Shown piece after piece: positions 29,301 to 37,977 of a DNA stretch of 52,044 nucleotides (position 1 is the first letter of the stretch; every line of letters starts with the position of its first letter). The DNA is taken from positions 1-52,044 of the forward strand of contig JAFYON010000095.1 of the NCBI GenBank assembly GCA_017560145.1, in the 5' to 3' direction. The translations under genes and the position numbers were made by a program. This DNA comes from Clostridia bacterium (GTDB lineage: Bacteria; Bacillota; Clostridia; Oscillospirales; CAG-382). The notes below the pieces were generated by a model, which saw only the letters and a list, made by a program, of their open reading frames with translations, did not search any database and was not told the DNA's origin.

Positions 29301-30737
29301 TTCCACGGTGAAAAGGCGCCCGATATCGACCTTAATTTCTCGGGCGACGTTCAATCCGAGGCACATAAATTCACCGAGGTTCTCTTCGGCAAGGAAAACA
29401 TTTTCCGTGCCGGAACCGTTGGTACGCTTCAGGACAAAAACTGCTTCGACTACGTTAAAAAGTTTTTGGAGGAGGAAAATATTTCTCTCACCCGTGCCGA
29501 GCAATCACGTCTTGTTTACGGCTTCGTAGGCGTGCAAAAAACAACCGGTCAGCACCCCGGCGGTATCGTCGTTATTCCCAAGGAATATGAAATCTACGAT
29601 TTCACGCCGGTTCAGTACCCCGCAAACAAAGCGTCAAGCGGCGTTATTACAACTCACTTTGCGTTTGAATATCTGCACGATACCATTTTGAAGCTTGATA
29701 TACTCGGACACGATGTGCCGACCTACTACAGAATTTTTAAGGACTTCACCGGTATCGACGTGCGCGACGTTCCGATGAACGACAAAAACGTTATCGAGCT
29801 TTTCGCATCGACAAAGCCGCTGGGCGTTACCCCCGAGCAGATCGGATGTCCGATCGGCACAATGGGTATCCCCGAATTCGGCACAGACTATTCGATCCAG
29901 ATGATTCTCGATGCAAAGCCCAAAACCTTTGCCGACCTTTTGCAGATCTCCGGACTTTCCCACGGCACGGGTATCTGGCTCGGCAACGGTAAGGACCTTA
30001 TCGAAAGCGGTACCTGTACCATCGATCAGATCATCGGTACCCGTGACAGTATAATGGTTTACCTTATGCATAAGGGACTCGATTCCTCTATCGCGTTTAA
30101 TGCAATGGAGCGTACCCGTAAGGGTAAAGGGCTTCTTCCCGAGCAGGAGGAGGCAATGCGCGAAAAGGACGTGCCCCAATGGTATATCGACTCATGCAAC
30201 AAGATACAGTATATGTTCCCCAAGGCACACGCGGCGGCATATACCATCGCCTCGCTCCGTCTTGCTTGGTTCAAGATCTATCAGCCGATAGCATATTATG
30301 CGGCTTACTTTACCATCAAGCGCGACTTTTTCGACGGCGAGCTTGTTATGAAGGGCAAGGCAAAGATCGAGGAGCGTCTTAAGACGCTGCGCGAAATGCC
30401 CAACCCGACCGCAAAGGATGAAGGTAATATGATCATCCTTCGCATAGTTCTGGAAATGCTTGCGCGCGGATTTTCCTTCCTCCCCGTCGAGATAGGCAAG
30501 TCCGAAGCAACCTATTTCATCCCCGAAAACGGAAAAATCCGTCTGCCCCTTTGCTCGCTTAACGGTCTGGGCGAATCGGTAGCCGAAAAAATCGTCGAGG
30601 TAGTTAAAAACGGTGAAGCAAGCACCATCGAGGAGCTTCGCGTTAAGGCGCAGGTCAATAAATCGATTATGGACCTTCTTTCCAAAAACAATTGCTTCGG
30701 TGACATTCCCGAATCGGATCAGATAACAATGTTTTAA
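26367..30737 (+). CDS. polC: DNA polymerase III alpha subunit, PolC type
   Basis: 1456 aa. It has a PHP domain (ELHLHTNMS), an inserted DEDDh exonuclease (FIIFDIETTGL...HNANFDISF) and a polymerase core. It overlaps the ispG stop by 8 nt. Confidence 0.95.
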   Translation: MLNEFLNKFKKASFNDKMKETISKFDSFSVMVDRERVSIAVKAELSCYVKPSNLFALEAEIKKAYALNAVTIYPHFNVEFEPSYMDGVIETLKQVSKLDYGFFDGSTYHYDKSTGVFVIKLRKNITSFIPEANGAELFIMQCVRDQFGTAIILKFEYEEIDIFEYRSDREDALAQSIREQKFEIAKETPKDAPRSSFIETEGEEAYDFERDGKYLVTVGKMTLDITNPDPIYGERRNWAFTPISSVKNDSAVCIAGKLFLVETKENYETEKITYTVYITDNSASISGKFSCPKKEAPKIKAPMYVMVSGKAEKRRVFDRNKNEWVEDDEITLAIKAISKCKVYGRQDEAEDKRVELHLHTNMSATDALSDAADIMARAHDWGMPAVAFTDHGTLQAYPIVMNAAKKYPDVKPIYGIEGYLVDDTARAVFRYDDATNTRLAEDEFIIFDIETTGLSPKTCGITQIGALKYKNGEIIGEFSTFVDCGMPIPENIVRLTGITDEMVKGAPNECDAVKSFLDFCGSRMLVAHNANFDISFIRRVADENEIPFENPYLDTVALSRYINNDLKKHTLDTLAKYFNLGEFDHHKADADTEMLAKIFECMSRKLAANGIFTVNEMNAAMANSSDPKRLKSYHIIILVKNLVGLKNLYKLVSRSYIDYYHKHPRIPKTLLSEYREGLVIGSACSSGELYDAILQGRPDNELYRIADFYDYLEVQPDCNNGYLIDENQATVEQLHDNVRKIIAIANKQKKLAVATGDVHFMDPEDEIYRQIMLRGKGFSDAMRETGIYFRTTNEMLAEFAYLGEEEARKIVIENPKRVIADFDDIKPIPDGTYTPKIDGAEEELQSLCEQTAMDMYGFKGQIPEIVRARMDRELTSIIKNGFAVLYVIARRLVQNSEEHGYLVGSRGSVGSSFAATLAKISEVNPLPPHYACPNCKYSEFFTDGSVGSGFDLPDKDCPECGTRMRPDGHDIPFETFLGFHGEKAPDIDLNFSGDVQSEAHKFTEVLFGKENIFRAGTVGTLQDKNCFDYVKKFLEEENISLTRAEQSRLVYGFVGVQKTTGQHPGGIVVIPKEYEIYDFTPVQYPANKASSGVITTHFAFEYLHDTILKLDILGHDVPTYYRIFKDFTGIDVRDVPMNDKNVIELFASTKPLGVTPEQIGCPIGTMGIPEFGTDYSIQMILDAKPKTFADLLQISGLSHGTGIWLGNGKDLIESGTCTIDQIIGTRDSIMVYLMHKGLDSSIAFNAMERTRKGKGLLPEQEEAMREKDVPQWYIDSCNKIQYMFPKAHAAAYTIASLRLAWFKIYQPIAYYAAYFTIKRDFFDGELVMKGKAKIEERLKTLREMPNPTAKDEGNMIILRIVLEMLARGFSFLPVEIGKSEATYFIPENGKIRLPLCSLNGLGESVAEKIVEVVKNGEASTIEELRVKAQVNKSIMDLLSKNNCFGDIPESDQITMF

Positions 30738-30750
30738 TCAGGTAATTATT

Positions 30751-31575
30751 ATGTTTGACAACCATTCACACACTCAATATTCGGGTGATATCCCAATGGG
30801 GCAAGGTAATTCGGTTCGCGAGCTTTGTATTGCTGCCATCGAAAAGGGACTTGACGGTATTGCCATTACCGACCATTTCGATATCGACGGTATCTTTGAC
30901 GGCTATTTTCCGCCGCTCGACCACAAATCGATCGCAAGTGATATTGCTTCCGCGCGTGAGGAATTCAACGGCAAATTAAAGCTGCTTCACGGCATCGAGC
31001 TCGGTCAGGCAACGCATATGCCCGATGAATCAACGGCTCAGCTCAACAGTCAGCCATACGATATCGTTCTCGGCTCGGTGCACGCCGTACGCGGCATAAT
31101 CGATTTTGCCGATACCGATATCGCCGGCATGTCCAAAAACGAATACGTGCGCCTTTGGGAGCAATATATCGAGGAAATGCTCAATACCATCGAATGGGGA
31201 AATTTCGACGTTTTAACCCACATAACCTATCCCAAGCGCTATTATCTCGCCAACGGAATCACCGATTTTCCCGATATCAAATGCAAAAGCAGGGAATATT
31301 TCGAGCCGATCCTAAAGGCGGTCATCAACAAGGGGATAACGCTTGAATGTAATACGTCGGGGCTTCGTCAGCAAATGGGTGAATGTCTGCCGAACGAGGA
31401 TATTTTAAGATTCTATTACGAGCTCGGCGGAAGGGACGTCACAATAGGAAGCGATGCCCACAAGGCGATCCACCTTGGCGCAAACTTTGCCGAAGCAACA
31501 GAAATGCTCAGATCTATCGGCTTTGATAAGCTTGCAAAATTCGAATCACGCAAAAAAGATTTCTATAATCTCTGA
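30751..31575 (+). CDS. PHP-domain phosphoesterase (histidinol-phosphatase HisJ family)
   Basis: N-terminal FDNHSHTQYS, then ITDH, GSVH and GSDAH metal-ligand motifs. 274 aa. Confidence 0.75.
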   Translation: MFDNHSHTQYSGDIPMGQGNSVRELCIAAIEKGLDGIAITDHFDIDGIFDGYFPPLDHKSIASDIASAREEFNGKLKLLHGIELGQATHMPDESTAQLNSQPYDIVLGSVHAVRGIIDFADTDIAGMSKNEYVRLWEQYIEEMLNTIEWGNFDVLTHITYPKRYYLANGITDFPDIKCKSREYFEPILKAVINKGITLECNTSGLRQQMGECLPNEDILRFYYELGGRDVTIGSDAHKAIHLGANFAEATEMLRSIGFDKLAKFESRKKDFYNL

Positions 31576-31591
31576 TCTTGGAGGAACAAAA

Positions 31592-32071
31592 ATGAAAGAA
31601 CGTATTCTTGAATATCTCGAAAAGGATGCGCGTATGTCGCACTCCGATATCGCAACCATGCTCGGAATCACCGAAGAGGAGGTTTCCAAAACCGTAGCCG
31701 TTTGCGAAGAAAACGGCACCATCGTCAACTACCGCACGATGATAAACTGGGACCTTGTCGATAAAAACACCGTTACCGCTCTTATCGAGCTTAAAACCAT
31801 TCCTCAGCGCGACAAGGGATTCGATTCCGTTGCAGAGCGTATCTGCCATTTTCCCGAGGTAAAATCGGTTGCTCTTATGTCCGGCGGCTTCGATCTTGCG
31901 ATCACCGTTGAATGCAAGAATATGCGTGAGGTAGCCTTCTTCGTTGCCGAAAAGCTTGCAACCATCGAGGGCGTTACCGCAACCGCAACCCATTTCGAAC
32001 TCCAGAAATATAAAGAAAACGGCGTCGTTTATGGCACCGAGAAAACCGACAAAAGAGGAAACAGCTGGTGA
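31592..32071 (+). CDS. Lrp/AsnC family transcriptional regulator
   Basis: MKERILEYLEKDARMSHSDIATMLGITEEEV is a winged HTH, followed by an RAM-like domain. 159 aa. The ATG at 31592 follows GGAGGA. The ORF-track start at 31454 is inside the upstream gene. Confidence 0.8.
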   Translation: MKERILEYLEKDARMSHSDIATMLGITEEEVSKTVAVCEENGTIVNYRTMINWDLVDKNTVTALIELKTIPQRDKGFDSVAERICHFPEVKSVALMSGGFDLAITVECKNMREVAFFVAEKLATIEGVTATATHFELQKYKENGVVYGTEKTDKRGNSW

Positions 32072-33237
32072 AATTTGACGCTTCAAAATGCCTTCCGGCA
32101 AAAATAACCGAAATTAAGCCCTCGGGCATCCGTAAGTTTTTCGACCTTTTGGGCGATATGAAGGATGTTGTCGGTCTTACCGTAGGTCAACCCGACTTCG
32201 ATACGCCGTGGCATATCCGCAATGCGGGTATCCGCTCGCTCGAGGAGGGACATACCTACTATACCTCCAACAACGGCATTATGGAAATGCGCGAGGAAAT
32301 AGCTAAATATCAAAAGCGCCGCTTCGGACTTGAATACGATCCCGCAACCGAGATCATCGTTACCGTGGGCGGCAGCGAGGCGATCGACCTTGCGATGCGC
32401 GCTCTGCTCGAGCCGGGCGACGAGGTTATTATCCCTCAGCCCTGCTTCGTTTGCTACGAGCCCTTGGCACGTCTTGCAGGCGCAACACCCGTTATAATCG
32501 ATCTTTCGGCAGACAACGGATTCCGTCTTACCGCCGAGCAGTTAAAGAGCGCAATTACCGAAAAGACAAAGCTTCTCGTTTTGGCATTCCCCAACCACCC
32601 CACGGGCTCGGTAATGCGTAAGTCAGACCTCGAGGAGATCGCAAAGGTCATCAGAGAAACCAATATCTGCGTGCTTTCGGACGAGATTTATGCCGAGCTT
32701 ACTTATGGCGAAAAGCACGTTTCTATCGCAACGCTTCAGGGTATGCGTGAGCGCACCATCGTTGCAAACGGCTTTTCAAAGGCTTATGCAATGACAGGCT
32801 GGCGTATGGGTTATACGCTTGCGCCCGAATACTTCACCAAGCAAATGGTGAAGATACACCAATACGGAATAATGAGCGCACCCACGACAAGCCAATACGC
32901 TTCTATCGAAGCGCTTAAAAACGGCGATGCCGATATAGAATATATGAAGAGCGAATACGAAGCACGCCGCCGTCTTATCGTCAGCGAGCTAAACCGCATC
33001 GGTATCGAAACCTTTATGCCCGACGGAGCCTTTTACGTATTTGCCGACCTTCGCAAGTTCGGTATCGACGATGAGATCTTCTGCGAAAGATTACTTAACG
33101 AGCATAAATGCGCAATCGTCCCCGGAAGCGCTTTCGGTGAAAGCGGAAGGGGCTTTGCCCGTCTGTCCTATGCCTATTCGCCTGCCCATATAAGCAAGGC
33201 AATAAAGCGCATCGAGGAATTTGTTAAAACGCTATGA
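32068..33237 (+). CDS. Class I/II pyridoxal-phosphate-dependent aminotransferase (aspartate/aromatic type)
   Basis: GQPDFDTP, the FPNHPTG-type region, and NGFSKAYAMTGWRMGY (PLP lysine). The GTG start overlaps the Lrp stop (GTGA). Confidence 0.85.
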   Translation: MKFDASKCLPAKITEIKPSGIRKFFDLLGDMKDVVGLTVGQPDFDTPWHIRNAGIRSLEEGHTYYTSNNGIMEMREEIAKYQKRRFGLEYDPATEIIVTVGGSEAIDLAMRALLEPGDEVIIPQPCFVCYEPLARLAGATPVIIDLSADNGFRLTAEQLKSAITEKTKLLVLAFPNHPTGSVMRKSDLEEIAKVIRETNICVLSDEIYAELTYGEKHVSIATLQGMRERTIVANGFSKAYAMTGWRMGYTLAPEYFTKQMVKIHQYGIMSAPTTSQYASIEALKNGDADIEYMKSEYEARRRLIVSELNRIGIETFMPDGAFYVFADLRKFGIDDEIFCERLLNEHKCAIVPGSAFGESGRGFARLSYAYSPAHISKAIKRIEEFVKTL

Positions 33238-34073
33238 GGCTGAACGCTTACGCTAAAATTAACCTTACACTTGATATAGTCGGAACACTCGAAAACGGCT
33301 TTCACGCCTTACGCTCGGTTATGGCGCCGATTTCGCTTTGCGATGAAATAGAACTCGAAATAACGGATAATTTCGAGTTTTATTGTAATATGCCCGAATT
33401 GGCGACCGATGACAATCTTTGCGTCCGTGCAAGCAAAATGTTTTTCGAAGCGACGGGCATAAAGCAAGCGGTTACGGTAAGGCTTACGAAAAACGTTCCG
33501 TTCCCCGCAGGACTTGGCGGAGGCTCGTCCGACGCTGCTTGCGTGTTAAAGGGCTTAAACGCTCTTTTCGGAGATCCGCTTTGCGAAAACGAGCTTTTTG
33601 CGATTGCCGAAAAATTGGGCTCCGACGTGCCGCTTTGCCTTCTTTCAAAGCCTGCGCTTTGCGAGGGCAGAGGGGAAGTGCTGACACCCGTTAGCAGTTT
33701 TCCCGAATTGAATATCGTTATCGCTATAGGAAGGGACAGACTTTCCACCCCGACCGTATTTAAGGAATACGATAAAATGAATCTTCCGGTTGAAAACAGC
33801 ACCGAGCGATTTTTAAAGGCGCTTGAATCGGGCGATACCGATAAGGCGTTATCTGAAACCGGCAACGCATTTGAGCCTGTGACTGATATCCTTTCACCCG
33901 AAACCAAGCTCCTTCGTGACCGACTTTTGTCAAACGGCGCGGTAGCTTCGCACCTTTCGGGAAGCGGCCCTTCGGTATACGGCGTGTTCAAGGATTCAAA
34001 ATCGGCGGAGAATGCAGCAAAAGCATTGCGCGATATGGGGTATTTTGCCGTTTCCTGTAAAACGGTTATTTAA
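33234..34073 (+). CDS. ispE: 4-(cytidine 5'-diphospho)-2-C-methyl-D-erythritol kinase
   Basis: AYAKINLTLDI plus the GHMP kinase motif PFPAGLGGGSSDAA. The ATG overlaps the aminotransferase stop (ATGA). Confidence 0.9.
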   Translation: MRLNAYAKINLTLDIVGTLENGFHALRSVMAPISLCDEIELEITDNFEFYCNMPELATDDNLCVRASKMFFEATGIKQAVTVRLTKNVPFPAGLGGGSSDAACVLKGLNALFGDPLCENELFAIAEKLGSDVPLCLLSKPALCEGRGEVLTPVSSFPELNIVIAIGRDRLSTPTVFKEYDKMNLPVENSTERFLKALESGDTDKALSETGNAFEPVTDILSPETKLLRDRLLSNGAVASHLSGSGPSVYGVFKDSKSAENAAKALRDMGYFAVSCKTVI

Positions 34074-34081
34074 AAAAACAG

Positions 34082-34111
34082 GTATATTTTTCCTTTTTCT
34101 TGGGCAATAAT
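34082..34111 (+). promoter_or_regulatory. Possible sigma-F-type forespore promoter for spoIIR
   Basis: GTATA (34082-34086), a 16-nt spacer, then GGCAATAAT (34103-34111). This fits GYATA ... GGnnAnAHT as recalled for Bacillus sigma-F, and spoIIR is a sigma-F gene in Bacillus. The spacer is 1-2 nt long and the motif information is low. Confidence 0.35.
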
Positions 34112-34139
34112 CAGTCATAACGAAAAAGGAGAAAAACAT

Positions 34140-34709
34140 ATGAAAACAAAACTTATCGCGCTGTTTTGCGCCTGCTTTATCCTTCTTACCGCAATCGACA
34201 CACTTATTCCGCGTAGCGAAGGCAGAGTGTTCGATAACGTTATCAGATTGCATATTCTCGCAAACGATAACAGCGATATTGCACAGAAAATAAAGCTTAA
34301 GGTGCGCGATGCGATACTTGATGAGTGCGGCGATATCTTTTCGGACTCGGGCGATATAATTACCGCCGAAGCAAATCTGTCCGAAAATATGGCAAGGATA
34401 GAAGAGATTTCAAACCGCGTTCTTTTGGAAAACGGAGCCGATTACAAGGCGACCGCAGAATTGGGAAACGAGGATTATCCGACCCGTGATTACGAGGAAT
34501 TTTCGCTTCCTGCAGGCAATTACAAATCCTTAAGAATAAAGCTCGGCAATGCTTCCGGGAACAATTGGTGGTGCATTCTGTTTCCTCCGCTTTGCACAAG
34601 AGCTTCATCCGACCTTTCCTCCTCGGGGATAAACGAAAAGGATACCGAGGTATTTACAAGGCCGAAATATAAATTCCGCTTTAAGCTTCTTGAATTTTTT
34701 GGAGGGTAA
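34140..34709 (+). CDS. spoIIR: Stage II sporulation protein R
   Basis: N-terminal signal/anchor, then VIRLHILANDNSD and NWWCILFPPLC, the SpoIIR signatures. Confidence 0.9.
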   Translation: MKTKLIALFCACFILLTAIDTLIPRSEGRVFDNVIRLHILANDNSDIAQKIKLKVRDAILDECGDIFSDSGDIITAEANLSENMARIEEISNRVLLENGADYKATAELGNEDYPTRDYEEFSLPAGNYKSLRIKLGNASGNNWWCILFPPLCTRASSDLSSSGINEKDTEVFTRPKYKFRFKLLEFFGG

Positions 34710-34710
34710 A

Positions 34711-37700
34711 ATGTTACATCGCATTATCGGTGCTTCGGGCAGCGGCAAAACGAAATATATGCTTGACCGCCTCGACGAAGCGTTGAAAAGCGGTAAGCAA
34801 TGCTACGTCATCGTACCCGAGCAGCAATCTGTCACCTACGAGGCAGCACTTTGCGAAAAATTCGGCGACGGTGTAAACCTTCTTTGCGAGGTGCTTAATT
34901 TCGAGCGACTCCCCAACCGTGTCGCGCGTGATTTCGGCGGACTTTGCGTTAATACTATCGATAAAGGGGGCGCTTGCGCCCTTTTGTCGCTTGTGTCGGA
35001 ATCTTTAAAGGATAAGCTTACCGAGTATTCGCTCGTAGCGGCAGATTCGGATTTTGCAACATCTTTATATTCGCTCATTTCGCGAATGAAAATGGCGCTC
35101 ATCACACCGCAAATGATTTTCGACGCCCTCAAAAAGGGCACGCTTGACGATGCGCGTATAAAGGGCAAGCTTAATGATATCGCGCTTATCTATTCCGAAT
35201 ACGAAAAAAGCGTTTGCAATGATCTGTTGGATCCTCGCGATGCGCTGACAAGGCTTGCCGAGGAGCTTAAAAACAAGCCCTTTTTCAAGGACACCGTTGT
35301 TTTCATCGATAATTACTACACTTTTACCGAGCAGGAATATGCGATAATCAAGCAAATAATCGCGCAAAGCAAGGACGTATATATCTCCTTTACAGTCGAT
35401 TACAACCGCTCTGTTTTCGAGGAAAACCGTAAGGCAAGCGAAAGGGTACTGTCGCTTGCAAACAAACTATCCGACGATTTTTATACCGGCGAATCAAAGC
35501 GGAGCAAGCTTGAATCGCTTAAATACATAGAAAAAAACATCTGGGAAAGCAACGTCGAGGCGAACGGAATCGATGACGGCGGTGTTAAGCTTATCAACGC
35601 CAAAAACCGATTTGACGAGGTCGAGGCGGCGGCAAGCGAAATATGCTCTCTTGTAAGACAGGGCTATCGCTATAAGGATATCACCGTTATCGCAAGCAAT
35701 GCCGAAAATTACGCATCGCTTGTCGACTCGGTCTTTGCACGTGCGGATATTCCCGTTTACACCTCTTCAAAGGAGGACCTTACCGCAAAGCCGTTGTTTG
35801 CCTTTGTTCTGGCAAGCATCTCGGTCGTTATCGAGGACTTTTCGTTAAAGAGCATCAAGCGCTACGTTAAAAGCGGCTTTACCGACCTTACCGTTTCGGA
35901 AAGCGACGCGCTTTTAAGCTATGCAAGAGCGTGGAAACTTCGCGGCAAGGCTTGGTACGGCGATAACGAATGGACTCTCGACCCCGAAGGCTACCGTGAG
36001 GGTGACCTTACGTTGCGCGGCGCAAGAATGCTTAAAAGGGCAAACACCGCACGCGATAAGATCGTGCCTGCACTTGCCGCATTGCGCGATACGCTTACTC
36101 AAAAGGAGCTTACCGTTTCTCTTGCGTTGAGAGCGCTTTACAATCATCTTATCTCGCTCGGTGCAGACGAAAGACTTCGCAAAAACGCCGAAAGATATCT
36201 TAAAAACGGCGACCGCGAGCAAAGCGAGCGCGAAATCCAGCTTTGGAAGATACTTATAAATATAATCGATCAGCTCGATAACCTTGTCGGTGACCGTGCT
36301 ATCACACCCAAGCGATTGCAATTCTTGATCAAGCTTATGTGCGACTGTGTCGGACTTGGCGCGATCCCTGCAAGCGCCGATTCGGTCACCTTCGGCGATG
36401 CATCGCTCATCCGCGCAAACAAAAGCAGAGCGGTCATCGTGCTTGGTGTGTGCGACGGCGAATTTCCTGCCGCATGTCGCACCGGCGGATTCTTTAACAG
36501 TGACGAGGCAATATCGCTCGAGGGAATCGGGTTGCAGCTTGCCGATACTCTGGACAAGCAATTGAACACAAACCGCTTTTTGGTCTATGCGGCGTTTTCC
36601 GCGCCGAGCGAAAAGCTTATTCTCCTTTCTCCGAGAAGCGAAATTTCGGGCGGCGAGCTGCGTCAGTCGACCGCTTGGCTCGCCTTGGAAAGAATGCTTC
36701 CCTCGGTAAAGAAAAACGCGGTAGAATTCAACAGCGATTCCGCGCTTTACTCGCGTGAGTCGGTTGCCGCCAATTTCCCCTTGCTTTCGGAATCGCCCCT
36801 GCGCGACGAGATAGAGAAGGCGTTGGCAGACAATTCTCAGCCCTTCTTTGCCGATACACCGCTTGTATGCGATAAAAATTCAAAAATCGATTTCAAGGAA
36901 GAAATGCTTCACCTTTCTCCCTCGAAGTTTGAAAATTACGCAAACTGTCCCTTTTCCTTCTTCGGCAACTATCTGTTAAAGCTCGAGGAGAAAAAGATAA
37001 ACGAATTTTCCTCGTCCGAAATCGGCAACTTCGTGCACAAGATGCTTGAAATGTTTCTGCGCGAATGCACAAGCAGCGGAAAATTTATACCCCCGACCGA
37101 ATCGGAGCGCAAGGAAATTATCGAAAGACTTTCAAGCGATTATCTCAATTTCGTTCTCGGTCCTGCCGCAGCTTGCGACAAGCAGTTTATGCACACCTAT
37201 AAAAATATGGTGAAAACCGTTTCCTTTGCCGCCGAAAGCCTTGCAAAGGAATTCGAAAAGAGCGATTTTACACCAAGCGGATTCGAATATAAGATCGGGC
37301 TTGCAAACGAGGATATACCGGCTATCGAGTATGACGTCGACGGAAAGAGGGTATTTCTTCGCGGCTCTATCGACCGTGTCGATACCTATGAAGCCGACGG
37401 CAAAAAATATGTCCGCGTTGTCGATTACAAGACCTATGACAAGGATTTTGTCGCAGAAAAGGTTAAATACGGGCTCGATACCCAGCTTCTTCACTATATC
37501 TATGCCTATTGCGAAAAGAACGGCACGATCCCTGCAGGTGTATTCTACTACGGCGTAACGCTTCCCAATATCAATATCACGGGACGCGAAACGCAAGAGG
37601 AGCTTCAAAAGGAGATTGCAAAAACCGTTAAGCGAAGCGGCATTCTTATCGACGATATCGACGTTGTACGCGCAATGAGCAACGATTTTTCGACAGTCCC

Positions 37701-37977
37701 TGCAAAGCTCTCCAAGGGCTCGAAAAAGGAAGCACCGAAGCTTTACACACGCGGCAAATCCAAGCGCCTATATACCGAGGAGGATTTCAACGAGCTTAAG
37801 CAAAGCCTTGGTGACGGATTGAAAAGCATTGCCTCCAACGTATTTTGCGGCAGAATGGATATAGACCCTCTTAACCCCGAGGACGTCAAGGCAGAGCCTT
37901 GCAAATATTGCAAGCTTGGCGATCTCTGCCGAAACAAACAAACAGAAACGGAGGAGATCGACGATGCCGAAGACTGA
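34711..37977 (+). CDS. addB: ATP-dependent helicase/deoxyribonuclease subunit B
   Basis: GASGSGKT Walker A motif. Fe-S cysteines are present at NCPFSFF and the C-terminal CKYCKLGDLC, with the nuclease motif DRVD...VVDYKT. The start was set to the ATG at 34711, behind GGAGGG. Confidence 0.9.
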   Translation: MLHRIIGASGSGKTKYMLDRLDEALKSGKQCYVIVPEQQSVTYEAALCEKFGDGVNLLCEVLNFERLPNRVARDFGGLCVNTIDKGGACALLSLVSESLKDKLTEYSLVAADSDFATSLYSLISRMKMALITPQMIFDALKKGTLDDARIKGKLNDIALIYSEYEKSVCNDLLDPRDALTRLAEELKNKPFFKDTVVFIDNYYTFTEQEYAIIKQIIAQSKDVYISFTVDYNRSVFEENRKASERVLSLANKLSDDFYTGESKRSKLESLKYIEKNIWESNVEANGIDDGGVKLINAKNRFDEVEAAASEICSLVRQGYRYKDITVIASNAENYASLVDSVFARADIPVYTSSKEDLTAKPLFAFVLASISVVIEDFSLKSIKRYVKSGFTDLTVSESDALLSYARAWKLRGKAWYGDNEWTLDPEGYREGDLTLRGARMLKRANTARDKIVPALAALRDTLTQKELTVSLALRALYNHLISLGADERLRKNAERYLKNGDREQSEREIQLWKILINIIDQLDNLVGDRAITPKRLQFLIKLMCDCVGLGAIPASADSVTFGDASLIRANKSRAVIVLGVCDGEFPAACRTGGFFNSDEAISLEGIGLQLADTLDKQLNTNRFLVYAAFSAPSEKLILLSPRSEISGGELRQSTAWLALERMLPSVKKNAVEFNSDSALYSRESVAANFPLLSESPLRDEIEKALADNSQPFFADTPLVCDKNSKIDFKEEMLHLSPSKFENYANCPFSFFGNYLLKLEEKKINEFSSSEIGNFVHKMLEMFLRECTSSGKFIPPTESERKEIIERLSSDYLNFVLGPAAACDKQFMHTYKNMVKTVSFAAESLAKEFEKSDFTPSGFEYKIGLANEDIPAIEYDVDGKRVFLRGSIDRVDTYEADGKKYVRVVDYKTYDKDFVAEKVKYGLDTQLLHYIYAYCEKNGTIPAGVFYYGVTLPNINITGRETQEELQKEIAKTVKRSGILIDDIDVVRAMSNDFSTVPAKLSKGSKKEAPKLYTRGKSKRLYTEEDFNELKQSLGDGLKSIASNVFCGRMDIDPLNPEDVKAEPCKYCKLGDLCRNKQTETEEIDDAED

